A stretch of DNA of 64,000 nt, from the NCBI GenBank assembly GCA_951406725.2, contig OX597821.1, positions 117,118,001 to 117,182,000 of the forward strand. The letters run 5' to 3'. This DNA comes from Octopus vulgaris. Lineage: Eukaryota. The translations under genes were made by a program, and so were the position numbers. Under the pieces are notes generated by a model. The model made no database searches, was not told the origin of the DNA, and was given only the letters and a program-made list of their open reading frames with translations. Every line of letters begins with the position of its first letter. The stretch's first letter is position 1. Below, piece by piece: positions 26,413 to 40,160 of this stretch.

Positions 26413-27551
26413 TTGTGTGTCTGTGTTTGTCCCCCCCAACATTGCTTGACAACCGATGCTGATGTGTTTACATCCCTGTAACTTTACGGTTCAGCAAAAG
26501 AGACCGATAGAATAAGTACTAGGCTTACAAAGAATAAGTCCTGGGGTCGATTTGCTTTGACTAAAGGCGGTGCTCCAGCATGGCCGCAGTCAAACGACTG
26601 AAACAAGTAAAAGAGTAAAGAGAGTAATGTCATTCCCTGCACATCTACTTTTATATTAGAGTGACTTTCATACTAGAGAGACATACTTTAGCAAAAGCTA
26701 AGAGGTGCTCCATTCCCAGTGGTCTGCCAGCATGCTGGACTCCCGCCTGGAATTCTTGAGGGCCCTGTGCTGTTGCTGGATAGTCATTGAGCCTACTGAA
26801 TGTCCATCTCTCCTTTTGACTGATCTTGTTTTTCTGTCCTGCTGGGTTTCTAACAACCCTCTTCACCAAGCAAGCCAAATGGGGCTTGCAATCCAACCAT
26901 GCAATCCAGCCATGCAACAGGTTGTACTGAATTCCATGTTACCAGTAACACCCATGGGAGACGTTACAAGTGACCTCACACACAAACACACACACACACA
27001 GAGGCATTTATACAGCTTGTTGACACTGCCGAGGTCGACTTTGCCTTTCATCCTTTCGGGGTCGATAAATAAAGTACCAGTTATGCACTGGGGTCGATGT
27101 AATCGACTTAATCCCTTTGTCTGTCCTTGTTTATCCCCTCTATGTTTAGCCCCTTGTGGGCAATAAAGAAATATATATACAGCTTGCTGACACAGTAGTA
27201 AGGCCAGAAAACCTTCTGGCAATTATTTCCAAGGGTTCAGTAAACCAGATCAAACAACAATAACTACAAAATAACGGACGTCTGTAAATTTATGCTTTTG
27301 CATTTAATTATATGCAAACATAAATAATTAATGACAGGAGCATATGCATATATTTAATAGAGACACTGCTTATCTTACATAAATATGACCCCATTATAAA
27401 TCTTAGCTGACCAAACATACTCCACAGAAATCAGAGATAAAAGATAAACAAAAGCCAGACATACTATGTCTACTTCAGGGAGTGACGACCCTGCCTAACG
27501 TGAATCCCGAGCTCAGCTGGCTCTGGCTGACAATACCCAGTATGGGCCCCT

Positions 27552-27805
27552 ATGTCTATGAGCCAGCATAGTTTGTTTTCTTTCTCAATTAAGACTATGT
27601 CTGGCTTCCTATTCTCTATCTCATGGTCGCACTGAATCATGAAATCGCATAGGATTTTTGCATTATCATTTACGACGATGCCCTTGGGTTTGTGGTCATA
27701 CCAAAGTGTCCAATGGACAAGCCTGGCTATATTGTCATGGTGTCTCTTATATTCCTTCTGGGCTAGTGGCATACATTGGCTGGTAATATGCCATATGGTT
27801 TCACA
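27552..27805 (-). mobile_element. R4/Dong-clade LINE fragment (CCHC knuckle and REL endonuclease)
   Basis: PLAQKEYKRHHDNIARLVHW..WYDHKPKGIVVNDNAKILCDFMIQCDHEIENRKPDIVLIEKENKLCWLIDI, adjacent to (TAA)n at 27806-27883. Confidence 0.85.
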
Positions 27806-27811
27806 TTATTA

Positions 27812-27883
<72 letters not shown>

Positions 27884-28283
27884 GGTAGTGGGTAGCGATT
27901 TTCTTCACTTCTTCAGGGAGTGACGACCCTGCCTGACATGAGTTCCAGGCTCAGCTGGCTCTGGCTGACAGTACCCGGTATGGGCTCCTATCCAGGGTTA
28001 CGGAAAGGAGACAACCTTCAAAGAAATCTGGAGTGGAGCCCCGTAGGCGGTTTAGTGTTCAACCCGACACTCTTCCGGCAGCTCCTGCAACCAAGCTGGT
28101 GCCAAACGTAATGCTCTGCACTCCATTGGACTACGTCAGCTAGGTTGAGAGAGGAATCCTGGTGATTGGGCTCCCCAGGATTTTCTTACATCTGACCCAG
28201 ACCTGCGCAAAACTGGAGAGGACATGAAATGTAAAAACCAGACTGGATTAGTTTATGCGCAACTCCATTGTGTCCCGAGACAA
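27884..28283 (+). mobile_element. GC-richer non-coding element between (TTA)n tracts, probably derived from a LINE 5' UTR
   Basis: Flanked by TTA arrays; 27909-27990 is duplicated at 27472-27553; ggcagctcctgcaaccaagctggtgccaaacgta resembles LINE 5' UTR sequence; strand assumed. Confidence 0.45.
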
Positions 28284-28305
28284 AAGGATGCCAACAACAA
28301 CAATA

Positions 28306-28352
<47 letters not shown>

Positions 28353-30064
28353 CATCATCATTATTATTAAGGCAGCGAGCTGGCAGAATCGCTAACATGC
28401 TGTGCGAAATGCTTAGCAGTGTTTAGTCTGTCTTTACGTTCTGAGTTCAAATTCCACTGCAGTTGATTTTGCCTTTCATCCTTTCAGGGTCGATAGATTA
28501 AGTACCAGTTGAGTACTGGGGACGATGTAATCAACTATCCCCTTACCCCAAATTTCAGCCCTTGTGCCTGTAGTAGAAAGGATCATTATCGTTGTCTGTG
28601 AATGAATGTTTATATTTTATGTTTCACATTAAAAAGCTTTAAGCTAGAAACAGCAAAGTTTATTGCCATTCCCTTTCAGTAAATCATCTTCTAGGTCAGC
28701 ATCTTCAAAGACATGTGGAGTAAAAAAATCCCTGAGCTGAACACAGGTAACGGTTAGTGGCAAGAAGGGCCTTAATGAAATTTATATTTGCCAAAACCCA
28801 TACTCGTTTGGTAAAATGGACGTAAAATGAACAGAAAAACCTTAGTAATATGTTTTGGTAAACTCAAGGCAGCAAGCTGGGAGACTCATTAGCAAAATGC
28901 TTAATGGCATATTGTCCATCATTGTGTTCTGAGTTCAAATTCCACTAAGGTGGATTTTGCCTTTCATCCTTTCAGGGGTCGATAAATTAAGAACCAGCTG
29001 AATATTGATTTATCACCCCTCCCCTGAAATAGCAGGCTTTGCATCAAAATTTGAAACCAATATTACAACACAACTTACTAATATGAAGAATGTAAGAAGA
29101 ATATTGAAACAGAATTCTATAATGATTCAGCATCAAGTCAGCTGATCAGATGACATTATGTAGCTTTGATAAAACCACATTTCCCTGACTTAATAAATAA
29201 GGTTTTTAAATATGATGAGACTATTTTACTCTTCCTTTAATCCCCACCCCATCCAACTCTTCATTTAATAAATTATTTTATGCTGCCATTTAAACTTGAC
29301 ATTTGTTTCATAAAATACTTTTCAAAATTTGTCCTAATCACAGTAATTCGACATCAACTTCTTCTCTTCTCTTTTCCTTATCTTTTCTTTTTTTTTTTTT
29401 TTTGGTTTTTCAGGTCACATGATATAGCTAAGCCAATCATAATAAAGAAGCAAATGAGAAAATTTCACTATATCAGTTGCTCCTCACAACCCTTACTTCT
29501 GAACCTGGTCTGGCCTGCAAACCAAAATTATCTGACTGATGTCCCCATTGAGATATGATATAATGGGTTCTAGGAAAGTTTACCACAAACGCTTTTTGCC
29601 CAGGGAAATTCGCCTCAGGATTTGGAGCCAGAGGAAAGTTCGCTGCATAGGAAATTTTGCCACAAGGCAAACAATGAATTACTCCCTTGGCATATAATTG
29701 TTTCAAGGGGTAAAGTAATTTCTTAATTAATTAAAAATTTTGCCAAATGAATAATGAAATTTTAAATGAGTTAAGAAATTGCTTTACCCCATCTTCTTGG
29801 TTGAAACAGTTATGTGCCAAAGGGAGCAATTCACCTTTTGTCATGTGGCAAAATTGTCTTGCAACAAAGGCGGCGAGCTGGCAGAACCATTATACGATGG
29901 GACTGAACTGAGAACTATGTGGTTTGGAAGAAGACATTTTACCACACAACTATGTCTATATGTGTGTGTGATTGTGTGTGAATGTGTGTGTGTGTACTTG
30001 TATGTATCTATGTGTAAGTATTTGTGTATTTGTATGTATGTATGTGAATGTTTGGGTGTTTGTA

Positions 30065-30115
<51 letters not shown>

Positions 30116-31457
30116 TGTGTGTGTATGTGTGAGTGTGAGTGTATGTGTGTGTGTGAGAGAGTGAGAGAGAGAGAGAGAGAGTGTGTGTGTGTGTGTGTGG
30201 GTGTGGTTGTGTCCCATTGTCTTGACGTCAGACGATTGTACTTCTGGCTTGTAAGCAAAGGCTTTGTGACCACTGCTATACGTAGACGTTTGAACTGCTA
30301 AAAATAGCAGCCAAATCCCTTCAAACTACACTTTAACACATTAAAACAGCGAGGACACATTAAAGAATAAAAAGATTGGGTTGTCCTAGCTTTTAACTAT
30401 AAACATTACTCAATCAAATGTGACACAAGACGAAACAACATCTGCTCTGCAGCAATCTGTTGCTTAAAACTGCTTCAAAGGATACAAAAATGGTTTGTTT
30501 TTTTTAGCAGACAGTTTTCAAAACATTGAGTTGAAATATGAGCAAAAGTTCACGATATTGCATACAAGTTTATAATTAACTCTAGACTGAATGTCTAATC
30601 ATGTTTGATCGTGATTAATCTTGGTTTCTCATTAATTAAGTCAGGTGCACTTTATTTTAACCTATTTTTTCTTTTGCTCAGCAATTGAGGTTTACTATGG
30701 ACAACAGCCAAATGCAGAAGAGCCATCACCACGACTACGGTCACCATCATCACCTTCCTCGTCTTTGTTATGGCCAGGACAATAACATCTTTATGGGACC
30801 ATTCTTAATTTGTGTGTCTTTAATCATTTTTCTGCTATTGGCTGCTTTGGCATGGTTTCTACAGCCGGATGCCCTTCCTAATGCCAACCACTTTACAAAA
30901 TATACTGGGGGATTTTTATGCGGCACCAGCACCAGTGAGGTAACCAAGTAACTTGTAAGACAAATATTCCCCAACTGGGAGGGGAAGCAGTGTTGTAGGA
31001 GGTGGCTCTGTGCCAGTGATGAGAGGTTCAAGTAAAATAGAAGGATAGAGGTGAGTGTCTTGCTGTAGAGGAGATACAAGGCTACCCCAGTTGAGAGAGA
31101 GAGGTAGATGATGATGGTAAACATGAGCCAGGGTACAGAGGATGTAAAAACACCGGTGTCTCTCCTTAATTTCTTTTCTTTCAACTTTTCCTTTCAGAAG
31201 GACTCTGAAAGACTGGATTTTCCACTCCTCACAGCAAGTTTATTGAACTCTTTTTGTCAGTCGTACTAAATAATAAAAATCTTGCTGGTGTGACCAACGC
31301 CAGTCTAGTTGAAGTCTGTATGGCCATACATATATACTACCTGGGTGTGTCCTCTTTCCAGCTCTCAATAAAAGTATAAGCTTTATATTAAAATCTGTTT
31401 TAGTTTTTTCACATTCATTTATATAACCTGTTGTACACTGCATGCCTTACACATACA

Positions 31458-31525
<68 letters not shown>

Positions 31526-31674
31526 CGCACACACACGTGCTATTATTACACACATGCACACACAGACCTGCGTGCATGCACATACCCACACACACCTCCT
31601 TCTTTTACCCTCTCCTGTCTTAGAAAGAACTTTTTCTTCACCCATTCCCTAACGATCATTTCAAAATGTAACCA

Positions 31675-31869
31675 CATGTGAATCGTTGGCGATTTTCTTC
31701 CTCCATCTTCTCTTCTTTTGGACTTCCCTCTATTTCTGAAGAAGAGCTTGGCTCTAAATGCTAAATCCTCTTCCTTTCCTTTCCTGAGCATCTGATAATA
31801 CAGAACTTGTGGCACGTCCTCAAGTTATTGTTTTTTCTTGTTTGTTCTTCTTGTTTGGATTCACTACGT

Positions 31870-31870
<1 letters not shown>
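31675..31870 (+). mobile_element. (TA)n-associated short element with a degenerate loopless hammerhead-like motif
   Basis: ttt-CTGAAGA-agagc-ttg-gctc-tAAA at 31733-31765; same family as 59428-59620(-). Confidence 0.55.
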
Positions 31871-31914
<44 letters not shown>

Positions 31915-32179
31915 TATATATCGATACAATAATTGTTTCTTGTCAGGAACAAAAAGGTTTAATAGGACTGCAATAGAAGTGCTCTATTGCAAGAGACAAA
32001 AATATCAAACTAGAATCATTGAACAAGCAAATACAAGGTCAACCGCATGTCATTTCATAATTCGAACATTTTGTCTTTTGGGTTATCCGTGCATGAATAC
32101 CAAAGTGGGAAAGCAAACAACACCATACAGGCCTGGTGCGTGATGGCTATCTTTGCGTTTATATATATATATATTTTTT

Positions 32180-32256
32180 TCCCCTGACGAAGGAGGTATT
32201 ATCTGAATGCACCCTAGTGCTTTAAACATAATACACCCCTGAAATGGCCATAGGGA
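32180..32256 (+). ncRNA. Minimal type-I hammerhead ribozyme motif
   Basis: tccc-CTGACGA-aggaggtattat...ataatacacccct-GAAAT-GGCC-ATA-ggga; lies between 70-bp inverted repeats at 32002-32071 and 32640-32709. Confidence 0.75.
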
Positions 32257-33682
32257 TAAGTAAAAATGATTTCCTTCTTATATATAAGGCTTATTTTGCC
32301 TGATTAAGATTTCTAAACGATGAACCTTATTTTACTTTATTTACACGATATATATATATTATATTTTTATATGCTCCTATATGTATATATATATTTATAT
32401 ATGTTTTATGTATTTTTATATGCCTATATTTTTATATACCTATATATTTTTATATATTACTTATATCATATTTTACTTTCTACGTCCTTTTATAAATGTA
32501 TTCTCTTTGAATCGCTAAAATATTAATTCTAAATTTTTAATGATAAGAATTTTTCTCGCACCATACCATATTATTATTATTACGTGCTGTACATATGAAT
32601 TTTGTTCCATCTTGCGGGTTATATGTTTATTCTATAATTAAATGTTCGAATTATGAAATGACATGCGGTTGACCTTGTATTTGCTTGTTCAATGACTTTA
32701 GTTTGATATAAATATATATATAATATATCATTATCATCATCGTTTAATGTCCATCTGTCCAAGGCTACTGTGCCTGTTTTGGTAGGGATTTTACAGCTGG
32801 ATGCCCTTCCTCACATCAGTCATTCCGCAGAATGGACTCAGTGCTTTTTACATGGTACTAGCACAGGCGAGGTTAGTTTTGGCATGATTTTTACAGCTAG
32901 ATGCCCTTCCAAATGCCAACCACTTTATGGTGTGGACTGAATGCTTTTAACGTGACACCAGCACTGCACTGGCAGTGTAACCAAGTAACTCACAAGACAA
33001 GGAATTATGTGAGGGGTAGGGGCATTTGAGGAGGGGGACTTGTGTCAGAGGATGACAGGTTAGAGTGTGACAAAGAGACAGAGAGACAGAAGCAGGTGTC
33101 TTGTCACAAAAGAGTGGGGTATTAGAGGAAGTGATCCAGTATCAGATGATGAAAGATTAGAATGTAACAGAGAGGCAGAAATAGGTGTCTTGCTATAGGT
33201 GCGGTACATGGTTACCCAGTGACAGAGAGAAAGAGTGAGAGAGACAGACAGACAGTGACAGAGTGAAAACAGAGAATGAGAGAGAGGTACAAGAAAGAGA
33301 CCAGATACAAGTGTACTGGTGTAAAGGAGATACTTGGTTACCTAGTCAGAGGAAGAGAAGGAGAGAGAGAGAGAGAGAGTGGGAAACAGCAAAAGTGCAA
33401 GAGAGAGAACAAGAGAGATGGTGTATACTCACAAGTAACAAAGATCTGAGCATAGAACCTGGGTAGAAACATGGGGTGTGGACGTTGGGGGTGTGGGGAG
33501 CAGCGATACAATGAGCAGGGCAGTGAGGGCAAGAAAGGGGATTGGGAAACAATTGTAGTTTATGAAGAGGAAATGTGAGGAAGAGAAAGATGCAGTTTAA
33601 AAGAGGAGTTGTAGTTTAGTTTCTTAGGGTAGAATGGGTGAAAGGTGTGTTGTTACATGTGGATGGGAACAACCCCTCAAGC

Positions 33683-34012
33683 ACTCAGTGGTTAGAGTGT
33701 TGAGCTCACAGTCATGAGGTAGTGAGTTCGATTCACAGACTGAGCTGTGTGTTGTGTTCTTGAGCAAGACACTTTATTTCACATTGCTCCAGTTTACTCG
33801 GCTGTAGAAATGAGTTGTGACATCACAGGTGCCAAGCTGGATCGGCCCCTTTGCCTTTCCCTTGGATAACATTGGTGGCATGGAGACAGCATGGCTGGTA
33901 CGCATGGGTGACTGCTGATCTCCCATAAAACAACCTTGCCCAGGCTTGTGTCTCAAAGGGGAAATTTCTAGGGGCAAACCCACAGTCAATTCATTCATAA
34001 CTAAAGGGAGTC
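33683..34012 (+). mobile_element. tRNA-derived CORE-type SINE (family E)
   Basis: A and B boxes, ttgtgttcttgagcaagacacttt core; tail shared with 19945-20136(-). Confidence 0.7.
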
Positions 34013-34844
34013 TTAGTGTGTGTGTATACATTCATATTTCCATTCAACACATGGTTATCAAAAGGGCACACCAGGCAAAATGCTTAGTGGTATTTCATCT
34101 ACCGTTATGTTCTGAGTACAAATTCCGTCGAGATTGACTTTGCCTTTCATCCTTTCAGGGTCGATAAATTAAGTACCAGTGAAACACTGGGGTTGATGTA
34201 ATTTACTTAATCCCTTTGTCTGTCCTTGTTTGTCCTCTCTGTGTTTAGCCCCCGTGGGCAATGAAGAAATAGATATATGGTTATCAGTGCTTGTTTTTCT
34301 GAATGTTTTTAGTCTTTAAGAGTTGGTTATGGGACATAATAGGACCCAAATGCAACTGCAGCAGTGACACCATGTACAAACAGTTATCGATATGGATAAA
34401 TTGAACAGCAAACAAATTTTTTGAACAAAATATGTTTAGTGGATAATGAGTAGGCGGGGTAGATGTATGAATGGCTGGGAATCCATTCACTTAGCAAGAT
34501 CAAGTTTGAATAACAAATCATAAGCAGTCTAGACACGTATAAAAGTGACTGGGACAGCATATGTAAATGGTGCAGTAAATAAGTTCACTGCATAGTGAAC
34601 AGGTTATCAAAGGAAAATTATATTCAACCAATGAGTTGAAATTTAATAATAAACCATGAGTAGATGAAGCAAGAATATAAAGTGGTTGGGAAACCTCAGT
34701 GGAATTGGTTTGTTGAAGTCCATGCATGCATTTCACGTAGCTTGTGAATTTTAATGAAGAAAATAGTAATATCTCTCATATATGTTTTGCTAAAAACATA
34801 ATCATAGATCAATGAAAGTAAAACATACACACCTACACACTGCT

Positions 34845-35310
34845 GAGGAGAGTGCAAGTCAGGTGAGCAGGTTACCTTGTTCAAATGCCTGACATGTAAC
34901 ATCCCAGGAGACTGTAACATCCCAGGAGACTTCCCAGGAGACTGGTGGAAGGCAAGCGCATGCAATGTAGACGGCGAAAGTGCTTCAAGGATACATTCAA
35001 AGCCTTACTGAAGAGCTTTGAGATGCAGTCCAACATGTGGGAAACGCAAACGCAAGACTGTCCAGCCTGGAAAAGCTGCACCAACGGAGATGCCTCGTCT
35101 TAGGAACAGAACAGGGTTGCAGAGGTACCAAGAAAACACGAATTACATGAGTCCAGAGCCAACCGCTCACCTTCAGTCCCAGCAGACTGTCACTGCCTGA
35201 GCTGCAGCAGAGCCTTCTGAGCATGCATCAGACTGATTGGACATAGCTGGACGCACTGTGCCCCGCCCCATACGATGTCCTTGGTCATCATCGACAACAA
35301 CAGACCAACA
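34845..35310 (+). mobile_element. RTE-clade LINE 3' end
   Basis: LVEGKRMQCRRRKCFKDTFKALLKSFEMQSNMWETQTQDCPAWK...CLSCSRAF*ACIRLIGHSWTH (terminal C2H2-like motif); internal 18-bp tandem duplication. Confidence 0.8.
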
Positions 35311-35393
35311 AATTTGTTATTAATGGATGGGCTATTAAAACATCATTTAATGCCTTTATGTGGAGTTTTATGAAGCTTCAAACAGGTTACTCT

Positions 35394-35607
35394 TATACAG
35401 TTCTATATTTAAGAGATGAGGAATTATGTACATTATTTACATTATTTATATTATTTACATTTGATAGATATTTGTCCTCATCTTGTTTGTTGTCAACACA
35501 GCATTTTGGCTGATATACCCTCCAGTCTTCATCAGGTGCTTTGGGAAAATATCGAACCTGGGTCCTCGTTCCTAAGGTATTTTTCAATGTTGTTGTTGTT
35601 ATTGTTG

Positions 35608-35641
<34 letters not shown>

Positions 35642-35743
35642 CATTGTTATTATTGTTATTATTATTATTCAGGTCAGTGCTTGGAATCGAACTCAGAATC
35701 TTGGGGTTAGTAGCCTGCGCTCTTAACCACTACACCATATGCC
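35394..35743 (-). mobile_element. tRNA-headed SINE-like element with internal (AAT)n and a hammerhead-like tail
   Basis: Minus strand ggcatatggtgtagtggttaagagcgc...gagttcgattcc (35743-35670), then (AAT)n, then cac-CTGATGA-agactgg..tcagcc-aAAA-tgct-gtg (35538-35497). Confidence 0.65.
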
Positions 35744-35807
35744 TTTCATCCTTTTTTGGGGTGTGGGGGTCAATGAAATAAGTACCAGGTTCGAAATTTC
35801 CCCAAGG

Positions 35808-35849
35808 CACCTGATGAAAGCTGGAGGCTACATCAGCCGAAACATTGTG
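35808..35849 (+). ncRNA. Loopless minimal hammerhead-like motif in an inverted copy of the SINE tail
   Basis: cac-CTGATGA-aagctgg-aggctaca-tcagcc-GAAAC-ATT-gtg; the arm 35785-35908 is the reverse complement of about 35440-35561. Confidence 0.6.
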
Positions 35850-35950
35850 TTAACAACAAACAGGATGAGGACAAATCTCCGTTGAATGTAAATAATGGAA
35901 ATAATGTAGATTACTCTTATGTTCATATATTTTGGTTACTCATGTAACAA

Positions 35951-36360
35951 GCAGGAGTGGCTGTGTGGTAAGTAGCTTGCTAACCAACCACATGGTTCCG
36001 GGTTCAGTCCCACTGCGCGGCATCTTGGGCAAGTGTCTTCTGCTATAGCCCTGGGCCGACCAATGCCTTGTGAGTGGATTTGGTAGACGGAAACTGAAAG
36101 AAGCCTGTCGTATATATGTATGTATATATATATATATGTATGTGTGTGTGTTTGTGTGTCTGTGTATGTCCCCCTAGCATTGCTTGACAACCGATGCTGG
36201 TGTGTTTATGTCCCCGTTACTTAGCGGTTCGGCAAAAGAGACCGATAGAATAAGTACTGGGCTTACAAAGAATAAGTCCCGGAGTCGAGTTGTTCGATTA
36301 AAGGCGGTGCTCCAACATGGCCGCAGTCAAATGACTGAAACAAGTAAAAGAGTAAAAGAG
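35951..36360 (+). mobile_element. tRNA-derived CORE-type SINE with internal TA/TG microsatellite (family A), full length
   Basis: gcaggagtggctgtgtggtaag..gggttcagtccc..cttgggcaagtg..gaaacaagtaaaagag; very similar copies at 39915-40325(-), 42383-42775(-), 45258-45665(+), 52495-52880(-) and 60301-60685(+), plus many fragments. Confidence 0.9.
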
Positions 36361-38436
36361 TAAGCAACTTGGTTAACGAACAGAATAAATTATGTTCATG
36401 AATAGAAACACTCCACTGTAGTTATTTAGCTTTTATTTTGTTCTGTTTTGTTGGTAAAAAACTACAAACTGTTGTAAGACTCGGTAGCATTTACCATGAT
36501 ATTGTTAATATCTTTTCACAGTAAATATTGTCAACCAATATTTACATCCTCTCATCCTTCCCACTTTTAACTCAGTCGAACATTGCAGATTTGATAACTG
36601 GATGGAGAGTGGGGCCTACACCAGCACTGGACTGACATTTGCAGTGAAACCCTTTAATTCAATTCTGAAAGCCATTTGCCACCCAAAATATTTGTAAACC
36701 AAAGTAATTTTTTTCCCATAGGAAATTCAAAACAAGGCATGGCAAATTCGAGCAGCAATGTGCACTGAGTGAAAGCTAGACATCAACCGATGACCTCCTG
36801 GTGATGCTTCCCAGCTTGTTGCCATTTGTTGCACATTCATAACCCTAGATATTTTATGTCTGAAAAATTCTTCACAAACCGATTTCTTCATGATGTGAGG
36901 CATTCATAAACTGAGATTCTACTGTACTTTCATTGAATGTACTAGAACAATATGAAATGAAGTGTCTTGCCCAAGAACACAACATACTGCACATTATAAT
37001 CATGAGCCTAATGCATGACTTGTTAAGTTAAATTAGGCCACACACTTTTATCTTCTGTTGGTGCTTACTACAATAACTCTTAACTTGGCTGTTTCTATAT
37101 TTAAAAATAATTTTTTACAACTTCCATTTCAGAATATTCTTTTCTGCTTATTCATGTTGTCTTCAATGTTAGCTGCTGTTTTCTTTGCAACTAGGCTATG
37201 ACATATGTTCTGCCTTGCTTATTTACTGACCTCCTTCTTTGTGTGTCATGAAAACCTTGAGAATATTTTTAATTTTGACACATTTGCATCAAATTTTAAT
37301 CTTAAATAACAAGTGTTTGCAGCTGTAACAAAAGAAGACAGCAAAATTACTTTATTTCTTATTTCTTTACTGCCCACAACGGGCTACACACAGAGGTGAC
37401 AAACAAGAACAGACAAATGATCAAGTCGATTATATCGACCCCAGTGTATAACTGGTGCTTATTTGATTGACCCCAAAAGGATGAAAGGCAAAGTTGACCT
37501 CGGTGGAATTTGAACTCATAATGTAGCAGCAGACGAAATACTGCTTAGCATTTTGCCTAGCGTGCTAACGTTTCTGCCAGCTCACAGTAAAATTACTTTA
37601 CAGTCACATTAGGGAGCACTTAACTGTTCAAAACAGCAAAAAAGATAAAAATCTTTTCCATAGGTGCTTCCCCACCACATGGTTCTGAGTTCAGTCCTAC
37701 TGCGTGGCACCTTGGGCAAGTGTCTTCTACTATAGCCTCTGGCTGACCAAAACACCCCCCACCATTGCTTGATGTTGGTGTGTTTCTGTCACCAGGACTT
37801 AGCTGTTCAGCAAAAGAGACTGATAAAATAAGTACTAGGCTTACAAAGAATAAGTCCTGGGGTTGATTTGTTTGACTGAAGGCGGTGCTCCAGTATGGCC
37901 ACAGTCAAACAACTGCAACAAGTAAAAGAACAAAGGAAAATACAATAAGCACAAGGACTGAAATTTTGGGGGAGTGGGGGGGCTAATTGATTACATTGAC
38001 TCCAGTGCATAACTGGTACTTATTTTATTGACCCCCCCCCCCCCCTCCGCCAAGGACGAAATGCAAAGACAACCATGGCAGAATTTGAACTCAGAACATA
38101 AAGCACAGAAAATGCCACTAAGCATTTTACCCAGCATGCTAATGGCTCTGCCAACTTGCCATCTTGCTTAATAAGGCCTGAAATTTGAGTGAAAGGGGGT
38201 GTCTTGATTACATTGACCCCCTGGTACTCAACAGGTCCTTATTTTGTCGACCCTTAAAGGATGAAAGGCAAAGTCAACCTGAACAGGATTTGAATTCAGA
38301 AAGTAAAGTTGGAAGAAATGTCACAAAGCATTTTTTTCCATTGAGTTAACAGTTCTGCCAGTTTGGAGCCTTCCACCTGAATACTACTACTATTACTACT
38401 ACTACTACTACTACCACCACCACCACCACCACCACC

Positions 38437-39002
<566 letters not shown>

Positions 39003-40118
39003 CCACTGCTACTACTGCTGCTACTACTACTACTACTACTGCGGCTGCTACTACTAACTACCTCCGACACAGCCGCTGCCACCAACACCACTACCACCAC
39101 TACTACTTCTGGTGATTATGATGACGGTGGTACTTCCTTTTATAATTCTCATAAAAACATAACCAAAATTGCATGACATCACAAAAACAGAAGAAAAAAA
39201 GAGAGAAAAAATTCTTCAAAAAACAACAAAGTCATGAACATTGCCGGATGACAAAAAAACAAGAACTGTGACAACAAGAAGAACAATAAAATGTACAAAA
39301 GTGCCAGAACATTCCTCTTTGGTTGCTTGCAATAAAAAAAAAATGGAATGTAAAATGGTACAAAAATAAATAAATAAATGCTAAGACAATGAAAAAGAAA
39401 CCTAGAAAATTTGTAAAGGGGCAGTTAGAAGATTAACCTAGAAAATTTGTAAGGGGACAATTAGAAGATTAACAATAGGTCTTGGCCCAGATCCATCTGA
39501 TAGCAACAGCATGGCCAGAGTGTGTACCTCTTGGGGCTGTTGTTGAGTTTGTAACCCCCTGTCCCAGAATCCCAGCCCTATACAGCCTTATACTGCAGAC
39601 ACAAAAGTGCTGCCCCTCACCAAAGCATCACAAGGCAGACCCCACCCTTAATATGATTAATGTCAGAGTGGTTATGAAACACAGTCTAACTGCTGCTATC
39701 TCGAATTCATTTTGGGGATTTTTTTTTCAGGCACAGTAGATCTAGGACTGCATTATCTAGTACAGGGGTTCTCAACCATTTTTTTGCTGTGGACCTCTTT
39801 GATTCCTATTTCACTCTGTGGGACCCTTATAGCTATTCAATGTTTTACAAAAATCCCTTTATATTTTTATGATTAAATATTTTTTATTTAATTATTTTAT
39901 TTTATTTATTTTTTTTTTTTGTTTCAGTCAGTTGACTGCAGCCATGCTGGAGCACCGCCTTTAGTCAAGCAAATCGACCCCACGACTTATTCTTTGTAAG
40001 CCTAGTACTTATTTCATCGATCTCTCCTGCCGAACTGCTAAGTGACGGGGACGTAAACACACCAGCATCGGTTGTCAAGCGATGTTGGGGGGACAAAGAC
40101 ACACACACACATACACAA

Positions 40119-40160
<42 letters not shown>

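Noticed and set aside
27884-27990. Possible HDV-like ribozyme at the start of the LINE-UTR-like element
   Set aside because: I could not build a consistent P1/P2/P3/P1.1 double pseudoknot by eye
30685-30951. 88-aa ORF with His-rich segment and hydrophobic stretch
   Set aside because: The 3' half runs into a family C SINE; no recognisable family; kept only as a candidate non-coding exon
35670-35743. Functional tRNA gene (also 24297-24372 and the SINE heads)
   Set aside because: Acceptor and/or anticodon stems are poorly paired and the apparent anticodons (ACT, GGA) are atypical for eukaryotic tRNA genes; treated as SINE heads
39397-39475. Tandem duplication of about 36 bp
   Set aside because: Ordinary slippage duplication with no further structure
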